A stretch of DNA of 64,000 bases from Candidatus Magasanikiibacteriota bacterium (GCA_036744835.1 DAIOHD010000001.1:951-64950), one strand, 5' to 3'. Positions 36,251 to 45,839 are shown, counted from the first letter of the stretch. Notes: generated by a model from the letters alone, not told the origin. Numbers and translations: made by a program.

Positions 36251-37720
36251 AGCTATTGGTTTTTTGGAATGATAAACTCTGACAGTTTTTACTCGATCGG
36301 CTATTTCTTGGATTTCTTTATCTTTATCGGGACAAAGTTCTTTGAAAGGAGTTAATTTACCGTTGGATTCCACAAGAGTATCCGTGGCTGTTTTAAAGCC
36401 TTTTGTTTTATTTATGATATTACAAATAAAACGTCCTTGTTTTTCTATATAGGCTATGGCCTTTTCCGCGGAGATAAGATCCGGAAAAATATCAACCCGA
36501 ACATCTTTTTCTTTTATGGTTTTACGAATGGATTTTATAGCATCGGGATAAAAATCTTTGTCACCGAGAGCTTGGCAAAGAATTTTCTCAAAATAATTAT
36601 CAGATTGGTTAAGTAAATTTTCCACTGACAATTTAGAATCTCCGGAATCCATAAGTTTTTTCAAAACAGGATGAATTACTGCCGCTTCCGCCATTTGGGA
36701 ATAAGGATTTAAATAAATAAAATTATGCATTAATGCGCGGATTTTCAGTACAGTATTTAGTTTGTCCGGATTGGTACAATGCAAACCCTTCTTATCGTCC
36801 AATCGTAAATCAAACATAATATCATAGATATTAGGATCTTCGCGAACAAGAGAAAGTATTTCTTTTCCTTCAGAAGTTAAATACAAACCTCTTTCCAAAA
36901 CAGGTGTTATTTGCTGAGTGTCGCGAGCAGTGTAAGAAAATTTATCTACCAAATCCAACAGTTTTCCAAAAGGTCCTTGATTAAAAATTATATTTTGGAT
37001 ATCTTTTTCATCCTCTTCTATAATAGCGTGTTTTTTAAAGAGTTTTTGCATTTCCGGATTTTGTAATATCGTGGAAACCAAAGTCTCTTCGTCCAATTTT
37101 TCCGGAGATATTTTTTTGGTTGCATCGCCTCCGGCTACGGTTGCGCTGTCATGTATGGTAGAAGCGATGAAACTTTTTAAAATGTCTTTATCCGAGCAAT
37201 TAATAAGACCTTCCGCTTGGCTAATGCGTAAAACCGTGAGATTCATTACCGATGTGAGAAAAGAATGATCAAAACGATCGTGTTTGAATTTTTCAATACC
37301 CCAATCATTTTCGTATCTTTCAGTTTGATTTTTTTCCGGAAAAGTTAGGTAACCAAGTTGTTTGATGTCTGTTAGTCTTCTCATACTGGCAGCGCGATCG
37401 ATGATATCAGTAAGTGAGACGTCCCATTCTTTTGCAATAGCCAAATTTTCCAAAATAGAGGGTGGAAAAGGAATAAAAGGACCGTCGTATTTATCAAAAT
37501 GATCAGCTCCGGAAACCAAATTATCTTGGTACATGAAGTGTAGTCCAAAACCCAAATGGATATCAGACCGTTCTTTTTTTAGTTTGTAATTAACAAACTC
37601 TTTCCAAGATTCTGATTTTTTTTCTTGAGCCAATTCGGAAAATTCAAGTATTTTATGATTTGTTTTTTCGGTTTCTAAATCTTTTTTGAATTGTTCAAAA
37701 AGTGGACTGTGTTCAGACAT
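36248..37720 (-). CDS. HD-domain phosphohydrolase, dNTP triphosphohydrolase (Dgt)-like
   Basis: 490 aa. MRRLTDIKQLGY...KHDRFDHSFLTSVM parallels the dGTPase FRRLEYKTQV...HNRLTHSLEV pattern; a later IHDS motif. Confidence 0.45.
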   Translation of the reverse strand: MSEHSPLFEQFKKDLETEKTNHKILEFSELAQEKKSESWKEFVNYKLKKERSDIHLGFGLHFMYQDNLVSGADHFDKYDGPFIPFPPSILENLAIAKEWDVSLTDIIDRAASMRRLTDIKQLGYLTFPEKNQTERYENDWGIEKFKHDRFDHSFLTSVMNLTVLRISQAEGLINCSDKDILKSFIASTIHDSATVAGGDATKKISPEKLDEETLVSTILQNPEMQKLFKKHAIIEEDEKDIQNIIFNQGPFGKLLDLVDKFSYTARDTQQITPVLERGLYLTSEGKEILSLVREDPNIYDIMFDLRLDDKKGLHCTNPDKLNTVLKIRALMHNFIYLNPYSQMAEAAVIHPVLKKLMDSGDSKLSVENLLNQSDNYFEKILCQALGDKDFYPDAIKSIRKTIKEKDVRVDIFPDLISAEKAIAYIEKQGRFICNIINKTKGFKTATDTLVESNGKLTPFKELCPDKDKEIQEIADRVKTVRVYHSKKPIA

Positions 37721-37721
37721 A

Positions 37722-39263
37722 TTATTTCATTTTTTCTCTCAATATTTTCTCTGCCACTATTGGATCGGCACTACCTTCCGTGGCTTTCATTACCATACCA
37801 AGTAAAAATTTAATAATAGGTTCTTTGCCGGATTTAAATTGCTCCACTTGTGCTGGATAGTTTTTGATAATTTCCAAAATTACTTCCTCCAATTTGTTTT
37901 TATCACTGACTTGCCCGTATCCTTTTTCTTCCATGATATGTGTTGGATCAATATCAGTATTGGCATCGAGCATTTCGGTGAGAATTTTTTGGGCGTTGGT
38001 TGAATTTACTTTTTTGGCATAAATCAAAGTTATAAGCTCGGCGAAGTTTTCCGCGCTTAATTTTAAAACTCTGATATCTATTTTTCTTTCTGCCATTGCG
38101 CCGGTTAATTTAGTGGTTAACCAACCGCCGGCGAGTTTTGCCAATTCTTTTTTCTTGTAAATACTATCAGCACTCTTTGTTTCCGGTAGGGAATCTACCC
38201 ATTCTTGTAATTCAGTCATGACATTTTCTGCATAACCGCTCCAATTTTTATTTTGCACAAGTAATTCAGCATCTGCATAAGAAAATCCGTACTCATCAAA
38301 AAATCTAGCACGACGAGCATTGGGAAGTTCTGGAACAGTGACATCGGGGCAAAGTTTGAGTGGTTCAAAAACAGGAATATCCGGTTCGGGGAAATAACGA
38401 TAATCTGCGGAAGTTTCTTTAATGCGTTGAACATAGCTTTCTCCTTTTTCATCATTCCAACCGCGAGTTTCCGATAATTGTGTTTCGCCTTTTTGCAAAG
38501 CTTCGGTTTGTCTTTTTATTTCATATTCAATAGCTTTTTCCATGGCGCGAAAAGAGTTGATATTTTTTAACTCAACTTTGTGATTGAGAGTGTGCCCATC
38601 AATGGATTTAATATTTGGTCCTTCAATAACAAAACTACCTTCTTCCTGAACAGAAACATTGGCTTCACAGCGCATGTGTCCTTTTTCCATATCAGCGTCG
38701 GAAACGTCTAGATAGCGAAAGATGGTTTGTAATTCTTGGCAGTAAACTTTGGCTTCAGTAGAAGATTGTATATTTGGGTTAGAAACTATTTCTACCAACG
38801 GTACTCCGGCGCGATTAAAATCAACCAAAGTATTACCGCCTTTATCATGAAGCAGTTTGGCGGTATCTTCTTCCAAATGAACGCGAGTAATACCAATTCT
38901 CGTGGTTGGACGATCGTTTTTGACATTTATAAACTGTAAGTCAATAAAACCAGTTTCACCGATTGGTTGATCAAACTGAGAAATTTGATAACCCTTGGGT
39001 AAATCAGGGTAGAAATAATGTTTACGGTCAAATTTGGATTTCTCAGCTATTTTACAATTGAGTGCTTTAGCAATTTTGATGGTGGATCGTAAAGCTTCAA
39101 TATTTGGCACCGGCAAAGTTCCCGGGTGTGCCAAACAAACCTCACAAATATTGGTGTTGGGGGTTTCTTTGTCCGGATTATTGGCACAAGAGCAAAACAT
39201 TTTACTCTTGGTATTGAGCTCGACGTGGATTTCTAGACCGATAACGGGAACTAAATTAGACAT
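37722..39263 (-). CDS. gatB: Asp-tRNA(Asn)/Glu-tRNA(Gln) amidotransferase subunit B
   Basis: 513 aa. MSNLVPVIGLEIHVELNTKSKMFCSCAN is the canonical GatB N-terminus. Confidence 0.95.
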   Translation of the reverse strand: MSNLVPVIGLEIHVELNTKSKMFCSCANNPDKETPNTNICEVCLAHPGTLPVPNIEALRSTIKIAKALNCKIAEKSKFDRKHYFYPDLPKGYQISQFDQPIGETGFIDLQFINVKNDRPTTRIGITRVHLEEDTAKLLHDKGGNTLVDFNRAGVPLVEIVSNPNIQSSTEAKVYCQELQTIFRYLDVSDADMEKGHMRCEANVSVQEEGSFVIEGPNIKSIDGHTLNHKVELKNINSFRAMEKAIEYEIKRQTEALQKGETQLSETRGWNDEKGESYVQRIKETSADYRYFPEPDIPVFEPLKLCPDVTVPELPNARRARFFDEYGFSYADAELLVQNKNWSGYAENVMTELQEWVDSLPETKSADSIYKKKELAKLAGGWLTTKLTGAMAERKIDIRVLKLSAENFAELITLIYAKKVNSTNAQKILTEMLDANTDIDPTHIMEEKGYGQVSDKNKLEEVILEIIKNYPAQVEQFKSGKEPIIKFLLGMVMKATEGSADPIVAEKILREKMK

Positions 39264-39414
39264 AAAATTTAATATTTTTGTATATCGTATTTTGCATATC
39301 GTATATTGTATTTTCGATACTATATACTACATACTATATACGATTTTACCTTTTTTAAATGGTTAAGTCAATTAAAAAATACTCTGTGGGACAGAGTATT
39401 TTTTTGAGAAGTAT

Positions 39415-40182
39415 TTATATTTTATCCGGAGTCTCGGGTATTTTTTCTACCGGATTTTCTTTGACACTAAAATATAAGTAAATCATCGGTAAAGCGGACA
39501 GGGGAGTAGAAATTGCTGAAATAATATTAATAATAAAAGCTCTAAGAAAAATATAAGTTAAAGAAGTTTTTTCTAAAAGTATAGAAAGTGGAGTAATAAA
39601 AGCATTTTGTACAATTAAAATAATTATTCCGAAGAAAAAAGAAGGAACTAAAATTAACCATAGGGTTTTCCACCAACGCCCCACAACTAATTCTCTACTG
39701 GCTTTTAAGGAAGATATTCCTTTTTTGTCTTCAAAAATTACAGTATAAAAAATATAAACAAACCAGATAGCAAAAATCAAAGCTGGAATAAATAACATAA
39801 CAAAACCACCAAGAACTGCCAGAACCATCAAGAAAGAACTCCAAATTATCGGCCAAAGATATTTACTTGTTTGAGTAAAGATTTGTTTTAATCCGACTAT
39901 TTCTTTTTTTTCAATTATTTGACGTAAATTTTTTGTTAAAGCAATGGTAGTCCACAGGATAAAAAGCAAGATAGCAACATTAATGGCCGTAATAAGAAGG
40001 TTATTTAAAAAAACCAAACTTCCACGAGAAATAAATTGTTCTATTTGTAAACCAAAAACCCCTATAAAAACTAAAATTACAGAAGGAACAAACATTAATA
40101 TCATATAAGGAATAAATTTTTTCCAGTTTTGATAATATGTTTCCCAACTTTTTTTTATAATCTCCGAAGCAGTAATAAGCAT
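39415..40182 (-). CDS. Polytopic membrane protein, hypothetical
   Basis: 255 aa, about 6 TM, no catalytic motif. Confidence 0.35.
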   Translation of the reverse strand: MLITASEIIKKSWETYYQNWKKFIPYMILMFVPSVILVFIGVFGLQIEQFISRGSLVFLNNLLITAINVAILLFILWTTIALTKNLRQIIEKKEIVGLKQIFTQTSKYLWPIIWSSFLMVLAVLGGFVMLFIPALIFAIWFVYIFYTVIFEDKKGISSLKASRELVVGRWWKTLWLILVPSFFFGIIILIVQNAFITPLSILLEKTSLTYIFLRAFIINIISAISTPLSALPMIYLYFSVKENPVEKIPETPDKI

Positions 40183-40249
40183 AAGGTTTTATTTAAGAAA
40201 TTTAAAAAATTTAAGAAATTTAAAAGATTACTATTATTGTGATAGTCTT

Positions 40250-40978
40250 TTAAATCTTTGAATCTTTTAAATCATTTTTAATAATCTGGGCCAATAAATC
40301 TTTGGCCTTTTGTTTTATTATATCAATTTCACCCATTGTAGACAAGTAAAATATTTTTGTTCCAGCCTGGGTAAAAATTTCTTGATAACCAGGAGACATA
40401 AAGGTGGCAGCGGTTTTCTTTTGAAAATCCAGGTTTTCAAAGATAACGTTGTCTTTTTTATCACCCCGAGCGTCCAATCGGCGCATAGCTTCTTCCGGTT
40501 CGGTGGTCAAAAGGATGAGATAATCGGGGCGATTTTTTAGGGCCAAAGCGTTTCCCGGCATACCTAGTAGTTTTTCAAAGGTCAATTCCGGGGTTTGGGC
40601 GTTTTGATAAGCCAAAGATGTAGAAAAACCCCTATCTTGAATGATAAATTTATCTTGAGCCAAAAGCGGTAAAATGATTTTTTTATAAAGCACTAGACGA
40701 TCTAGAGAATAAGCTTGAGCCACAGCTTCGGGGGAGTAGTCTGTACCGGTTCTGATAAGCTCCTCGCGGATTACTTGACCGATGCCGGCATAAGTCGGTT
40801 CAGCGGTAAAAACAAAATCATAAGAACGCAGTTCATTTATTTCAGGATATTGTTTGTTTTGTTCCCAATAATCTTTTAGGTCAAAAATAGGGTTGCCAAG
40901 GGAAGTAATATATTCTTTCCAAGCTGAGATGACGGTGCCTTTTCCACCACCGTCAATGGCGTCAAGCATGATGAACAT
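40250..40978 (-). CDS. tmk: Thymidylate kinase family protein
   Basis: 242 aa. P-loop LDAIDGGGKGT, DRG (DR-motif equivalent), and a LID-like RRLDARGDKKD. Confidence 0.6.
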   Translation of the reverse strand: MFIMLDAIDGGGKGTVISAWKEYITSLGNPIFDLKDYWEQNKQYPEINELRSYDFVFTAEPTYAGIGQVIREELIRTGTDYSPEAVAQAYSLDRLVLYKKIILPLLAQDKFIIQDRGFSTSLAYQNAQTPELTFEKLLGMPGNALALKNRPDYLILLTTEPEEAMRRLDARGDKKDNVIFENLDFQKKTAATFMSPGYQEIFTQAGTKIFYLSTMGEIDIIKQKAKDLLAQIIKNDLKDSKI

Positions 40979-41022
40979 AAAAATAAGTTATAAAGTTATA
41001 AAGTTGAAAGTTATAAAGTTTA

Positions 41023-42480
41023 TTAGTCCTTCTTTTTTGGCATGAAATTGAATTCCGGATTAAACATTGTGGAAGCCCAAGAAGAAGATCCTTGTTCCAT
41101 ATTAACGCGAATGTATTTGGCTAAGAGCGGATGGATTTCATTTAATTTTTGCCAGCAAGCCTGAGCAATGCGACGATAAGAAATGTGTCCTTTGAGCCCG
41201 CTTCTCAAAGCGATAAAATGGTGTAATTCGCGTAAATTCCAAGTGAATAAAGTTCTTTTACGGAAGCCCAAAGGGACGACATATTGAGCCTCATCAGGGA
41301 AGATAGGATAAATTTTTTGATAAAGACGAGCGGCTTTTTCCATGATGGTGCGATACTTTTCTTCTAGCCCTGCTTCTATGATTTCTTCGGGAGTTTCATA
41401 ACCGTGAATAACAGTAACCGCTTGATTGGTTTGAGTGCACATACGATGACGTTGAACATCGCGGAAAGCTCCGTAGTCCATCAAAATGTCAAAAGTATAA
41501 TAAACATGTTCCAATTCTCGCAAAGGAGCATCATAGGAGGCACGTCTTTTTAAAGACTCATCAACAATATTTTCTTTTTCAGACGGATCCATAGTTTCAA
41601 CTTTTTTTAGAATTTGATTGTAGGGTAATTGTGAAAACGGATATAGTAAAGCGGCGATTAATTTATTTTCAGCATTATGATCATAATCTATAATTTGTAC
41701 CGGATTAGAAGGTTCTGGGTTTTCCACCAGGACTTGATTGGTAATTTTTTTTAATTCCAAAGAAGTTTCTTTAATAAAAACATTTTCATTTGCAAATTGA
41801 ATCAAAGTCGGAGTTATTTTTAGCGATTCTTTTTTTATTGCACTACCGATATCATTGGCTTCTTCTAGAGGATGAGAAAGAAGTTTTACAATGGTATGCT
41901 CCCAAGTTCTGGCATTGGCAGTCATACCGAGATTGGTCAGAGTGGCGGTCGGAAGTAAATAGCGAGTATTGTCGCAAACACGAGCCTTGATTGTGGCAGC
42001 ATAACCTTTTTCTGATTCGGTTTCTTTGCGAGGATATTTTTTAAAAATAAATTCTTTCATCGGTTCGTACATTTCAGTATAAGTATCATAAATTTCGTTC
42101 ATGGTTTCTTCATATTCTTTGGCCAAAACGGAATTCATTATTTTTGCCGGTTTATAATATTTTGTTCTATCAAAAATTTGATAACGAGTTGATTTTTCGG
42201 TAAAGGAAGCCAAGCGGTTATCTTCAATAATTTTTGTTCCCAAAATAGAAATATTTTCTATAGCTAAATGCAGATTGGCGTGTTCAGCTACACTGCTATG
42301 TCCATAGCCCACAACCCATTTTTCATGGAAATCAGCGGATTTTTCCTCAGTAAGCTCGGCGGCAATATCAGCAAAAGACTCAGGAGATCGGGAACATTTG
42401 GCAAAAGCCACAGCCACCACTTCAGGTTTGAGATGATCAAGAGAATAAACGGATAGATTGTTTTTATTTTCTTCAGACAT
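41023..42480 (-). CDS. thyX: Flavin-dependent thymidylate synthase ThyX, long tandem-domain (pseudo-dimer) form
   Basis: 485 aa. The N-terminal half has the ThyX pattern HSSVAEHANLHLAIENIS...NRLASFTEKSTRY (RHR degenerated to DNR). The C-terminal half carries an intact RHR (VQRHRMCTQTNQ). Confidence 0.65.
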   Translation of the reverse strand: MSEENKNNLSVYSLDHLKPEVVAVAFAKCSRSPESFADIAAELTEEKSADFHEKWVVGYGHSSVAEHANLHLAIENISILGTKIIEDNRLASFTEKSTRYQIFDRTKYYKPAKIMNSVLAKEYEETMNEIYDTYTEMYEPMKEFIFKKYPRKETESEKGYAATIKARVCDNTRYLLPTATLTNLGMTANARTWEHTIVKLLSHPLEEANDIGSAIKKESLKITPTLIQFANENVFIKETSLELKKITNQVLVENPEPSNPVQIIDYDHNAENKLIAALLYPFSQLPYNQILKKVETMDPSEKENIVDESLKRRASYDAPLRELEHVYYTFDILMDYGAFRDVQRHRMCTQTNQAVTVIHGYETPEEIIEAGLEEKYRTIMEKAARLYQKIYPIFPDEAQYVVPLGFRKRTLFTWNLRELHHFIALRSGLKGHISYRRIAQACWQKLNEIHPLLAKYIRVNMEQGSSSWASTMFNPEFNFMPKKKD

Positions 42481-42500
42481 AAAATTATTTTTTAAGTTTA

Positions 42501-42923
42501 TTATTTTCCTGTAGAACCGAACCCGCCAATTCCTCGAGCACTATCTGAAAGTTCGGTAGTTTCTATTAATTCAGCGATAATAACGGGATAGATAATTATT
42601 TGAGCAATCTTATTTCCAGTTTTTATTTCATAAGGTTCTTGCCCTAAATTTATTAATTGAACATTGTATTCACCGCGATAACCCGCATCATATACTCCGC
42701 CCATAGTATGAATACCGCCATTTTTTGGCAAACTGCTTTTATCTTTGATGATAGCCGCATATCCATTTTCAAATTCCATAGCAAAACCTAAATTGAAGAT
42801 ATGTCGTTCCCCGGGTTGGAGAATGTAATCTTTCAGGGAATAAACATCCATACCTACATCACCAGGATGAGCATAAGTTGGTAGTATGGCAATGGGGTTT
42901 AATTTTTTTATTTTAATTTGCAT
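42501..42923 (-). CDS. dut: dUTP diphosphatase
   Basis: 140 aa. dUTPase motifs GDVGMDV, RGEYNVQLINLG and RGIGGFGSTG. Confidence 0.9.
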   Translation of the reverse strand: MQIKIKKLNPIAILPTYAHPGDVGMDVYSLKDYILQPGERHIFNLGFAMEFENGYAAIIKDKSSLPKNGGIHTMGGVYDAGYRGEYNVQLINLGQEPYEIKTGNKIAQIIIYPVIIAELIETTELSDSARGIGGFGSTGK

Positions 42924-42925
42924 AA

Positions 42926-43459
42926 TTATTTTGTTAATTCTCCCCAGTGTTCTTTGTAGTAATTATATTTTGCATCAAATTCTTCTTTCGGGGTTTGGGT
43001 TATTTGCAACTCAGCCATTTTGTTTTTGAGATACTCCAAATCTTTGTTTTTATTTTCTTCATCTGACATTTTTTCAAGTTCGATGATATAGCCGTAGCCT
43101 TTGGAGTAGTCGATGGTCACATCGATATCTTGCCATTTGAAAACATTGCGGGTGCGAAACCATTTTATTTGAGTTTTATAGCCTAAATTTAAAAATAATT
43201 TTTCTGCTTTGAAAAAATCTTCTTTATCAAATTTTATTTCTGTTTCTTCACGTTGTTCGTCATGAATTTTTCCGCTTTTTAACCAAATTTTGGCGTAGAA
43301 ATTATTTTTTTGAATACGTAAATCTTGTTCTCCATCAAAATAATAAGTTTCTTGATAGTCTTCATTTACAAATTCGGAATTTTGTTTGAAATATTCCAAA
43401 AAATGTTTATATTGTTCCTCAGTAAGAAAACTACGGATTTCCACTTCAATATTTTGCAT
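42926..43459 (-). CDS. CYTH-domain (triphosphate tunnel metalloenzyme) protein
   Basis: 177 aa. N-terminal IEVEIRSFL (the ExExK-type start of CYTH) with alternating charged beta-strands. Confidence 0.45.
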   Translation of the reverse strand: MQNIEVEIRSFLTEEQYKHFLEYFKQNSEFVNEDYQETYYFDGEQDLRIQKNNFYAKIWLKSGKIHDEQREETEIKFDKEDFFKAEKLFLNLGYKTQIKWFRTRNVFKWQDIDVTIDYSKGYGYIIELEKMSDEENKNKDLEYLKNKMAELQITQTPKEEFDAKYNYYKEHWGELTK

Positions 43460-43460
43460 A

Positions 43461-44012
43461 TTATTGTAATTTGGTCATCAAAGCATCGATTTGGGTGTAA
43501 AGATCCTCGGCAGAGCCGTTGTTGTCCAGAGTAAAATCGGCCTGATCTATTACAGCCTTGATCTGTAATTCTGCTTCTTGAAGGCCGTCTTTTTGAAATT
43601 CTTCCCAAGTTTTATTTTGATCGTCGACATTTTCACTTCTTTGAGTTAGTCGTTCGTAGCGGAGGCGTGGGTCAGTATTAACGGCGATGATTTTGAATTC
43701 AGGCACATTTTTGAGATGTTCAATATCACTTGGGCGACGAATGCCCTCGGTAATGATAATTTGGGCTGTTGCATTACGTACATCCTCAGCTAAAATTTTG
43801 GACAATAAATCTTCACCGAAATTTTGGCGTAAAATAGTAGATAAGTTTTGTAAATTAATACGGCTTTGTTCGATATGCATGCGAGAAGCGACATCACGCA
43901 AACTGTCAGAGAACTTAAAAGTCACAGCACTGTACTTACTTTTGAGATATTGTGTAGCCGTGGATTTTCCGCAGGATATTTCACCGACAAAACCGAGGAT
44001 TATTTTTGACAT
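43461..44012 (-). CDS. P-loop nucleotide kinase-like protein (putative (d)NMP kinase)
   Basis: 183 aa. Walker A GFVGEISCGKST, and an NMP-kinase-like size and layout. Confidence 0.45.
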   Translation of the reverse strand: MSKIILGFVGEISCGKSTATQYLKSKYSAVTFKFSDSLRDVASRMHIEQSRINLQNLSTILRQNFGEDLLSKILAEDVRNATAQIIITEGIRRPSDIEHLKNVPEFKIIAVNTDPRLRYERLTQRSENVDDQNKTWEEFQKDGLQEAELQIKAVIDQADFTLDNNGSAEDLYTQIDALMTKLQ

Positions 44013-44070
44013 AAATTATTATAATTACAAAGATTGCAAAAATTACAGAAATTACAAAGATTTTGATTTT

Positions 44071-44532
44071 TTATTGTTGATTCTTGTATTCTCTATAAGT
44101 TACGCCAGCTAAATCAAACATTTTGCGAGAGGCGATACAAGCGGGAGTGTCATGATATTTATCGCTTTCAAAAATTACTTCGCGCACGCCGTTTTGAATA
44201 ATGGTTTTGGCGCATTCATTGCAAGGAAAAAGTGTACAATAAATTTTACAATCACGAACCGGACCGTTGGCGTTATAAATAGCGTTTTCTTCAGCATGAC
44301 AGACATAAGCGTACTTAGTATTTTGTAATTCTCCTTCTCTGTCCCAAGGCAGGTCATTGCTGTCTATCCCACGTGGGAAACCATTATAGCCAAGGCCTAC
44401 TACTACATTTTCAGCAGTAACTACGATCGCTCCAGCTTGAGTGCTAGGGTCTTTACTTCTTTCTGCGATAACATTGGCCATACGCATGAAACATTCGTCC
44501 CAAGAAATGGCGTTTTCGCGAGGTTTTTGCAT
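44071..44532 (-). CDS. dCMP deaminase (ComEB/cytidine-deoxycytidylate deaminase family)
   Basis: 153 aa. Zinc motifs CHAEENAI and PCNECAKTI. Confidence 0.8.
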   Translation of the reverse strand: MQKPRENAISWDECFMRMANVIAERSKDPSTQAGAIVVTAENVVVGLGYNGFPRGIDSNDLPWDREGELQNTKYAYVCHAEENAIYNANGPVRDCKIYCTLFPCNECAKTIIQNGVREVIFESDKYHDTPACIASRKMFDLAGVTYREYKNQQ

Positions 44533-44646
44533 AAAAAATAGTTTAAAAATTAGAGTTTTTTAGCATATCAAATTTATCAAATTTTGGGGGTATTGGCAAG
44601 CAGTAAAAAGGCCAATAAAACTAAGGTTTTTATATGTAAATTTGGC

Positions 44647-44738
44647 CGTCATCCTGAGTAAAACGAAGGATCCCTTAAACAATTATTTAAGAAATAAGTT
44701 TAACTTTAAGGAATTCTTCGCTAACGTTTAGAATGACA
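44647..44738. repeat. MITE-like palindromic element, family 2, copy 2
   Basis: cgtcatcctgagtaaaacgaaggatcccttaa...ttaaggaattcttcgctaacgtttagaatgacac. Same termini and internal inverted repeat as the copy at 25573-25669. Confidence 0.5.
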
Positions 44739-44825
44739 CTTTGAATTTTTATATTGGATATTAAAAATTAATTAAAAATTTTAAATTAAAAATTGAAAAT
44801 TAAATTAAATTAAATAAAAAATCCG

Positions 44826-44853
44826 CTTTACAGCGGATTTTTTATTTAATTTG
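44826..44853. terminator. Bidirectional intrinsic terminator downstream of rplA (atccgct-ttac-agcggat)
   Basis: Perfect 7-bp stem flanked by A6 and T6. Confidence 0.5.
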
Positions 44854-44856
44854 TTA

Positions 44857-45531
44857 TTACGCTTGAACCTTTATCGCTGGTCCCATTGTAGTATTAATTA
44901 TTAAATTCTTTATATATACACCCTTAGTAGAATTTGGTTTAGCTTTTTTGAGGGCTTCCAAGAAAGTTTCAAAGTTTTCTTTCAATTTAGCTTCATCAAA
45001 ACTTACTTTGCCGATGGTTTGGTGAACATTGGAACCATCATCATTTTTGAAAGTAATTTTGCCTTTTTTTAATTCCTCAATCATTTTTTTGATATTTGGT
45101 CCGACAGTTTCGGTTTTTGGATTTGGCATCAAACCTTTTGGTCCAAGAACTTTTGCGGCTACGGCCATTTTTGGCATCATGTCCGGAGTAGTAACAGCCA
45201 CATCAAATTCAATTTTACCGGTGTCTTTGATTTTTTTAATATCTTCTTCACCATAGATGAAATCAGCACCTGCTTCTTTGGCTTCTTTTTCTTTTTCAGC
45301 AGAAACGAAAGCAGCTACTTTTTTACTCTTGCCGGTGCCATGAGGCAAAACGACAGTAGAGCGGATTTGTTGATCGCCTTTTTTTGGATCAATTCCCAAA
45401 AGAGCGTGGATTTCTACACTGGCGTCAAACTTCACACTAGAAGTTTCTTTGACGAGCTTGATAGCTTCTTCTACGGAGTAAACCTTGGTTTGGTCTACTT
45501 TGGCGCGAAGAGCGTCGATTCTTTTTCCCAT
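44857..45531 (-). CDS. rplA: 50S ribosomal protein L1
   Basis: MGKRIDALRAKVDQTKVYSVEEAIKLVKE... and the usual L1 blocks. The ORF track extends to 45663, but the start at 45531 is preferred by comparison with L1 N-termini. Confidence 0.85.
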   Translation of the reverse strand: MGKRIDALRAKVDQTKVYSVEEAIKLVKETSSVKFDASVEIHALLGIDPKKGDQQIRSTVVLPHGTGKSKKVAAFVSAEKEKEAKEAGADFIYGEEDIKKIKDTGKIEFDVAVTTPDMMPKMAVAAKVLGPKGLMPNPKTETVGPNIKKMIEELKKGKITFKNDDGSNVHQTIGKVSFDEAKLKENFETFLEALKKAKPNSTKGVYIKNLIINTTMGPAIKVQA

Positions 45532-45708
45532 ATATAAAATGTTTAGTGGTATTAACTCCCGAGGATTGGCCACAGGATCCCACCGATGTATTAGTATCAA
45601 GTATCTAGTATTTAGTATTAAGTATGCCAAATACCATGCTTGAATATGGGGAAATATTAGCAAGGAATAGGGGAAAAGTCAAGACGGGGGAAGCTGGAAA
45701 GCAGTAAA

Positions 45709-45728
45709 CCTGCCTGCCGGCAGGCAGG
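45709..45728. repeat. 20-bp perfect GC-rich palindrome cctgcctgccggcaggcagg flanked by direct repeats gcagtaaa
   Basis: Exact dyad symmetry with 8-nt direct repeats on each side (45700-45707 and 45736-45743). Lies at the start of a GC-elevated patch. Confidence 0.5.
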
Positions 45729-45839
45729 GCTAGTAAGCAGTAAAGAAATATTTTGGCTGAGATTAAACAATTTCGTCCCTTGACAAAATAGATAAAATAT
45801 GTTTAGATTTTATCTATAAACGTTAGTTAGGAGGTATCA

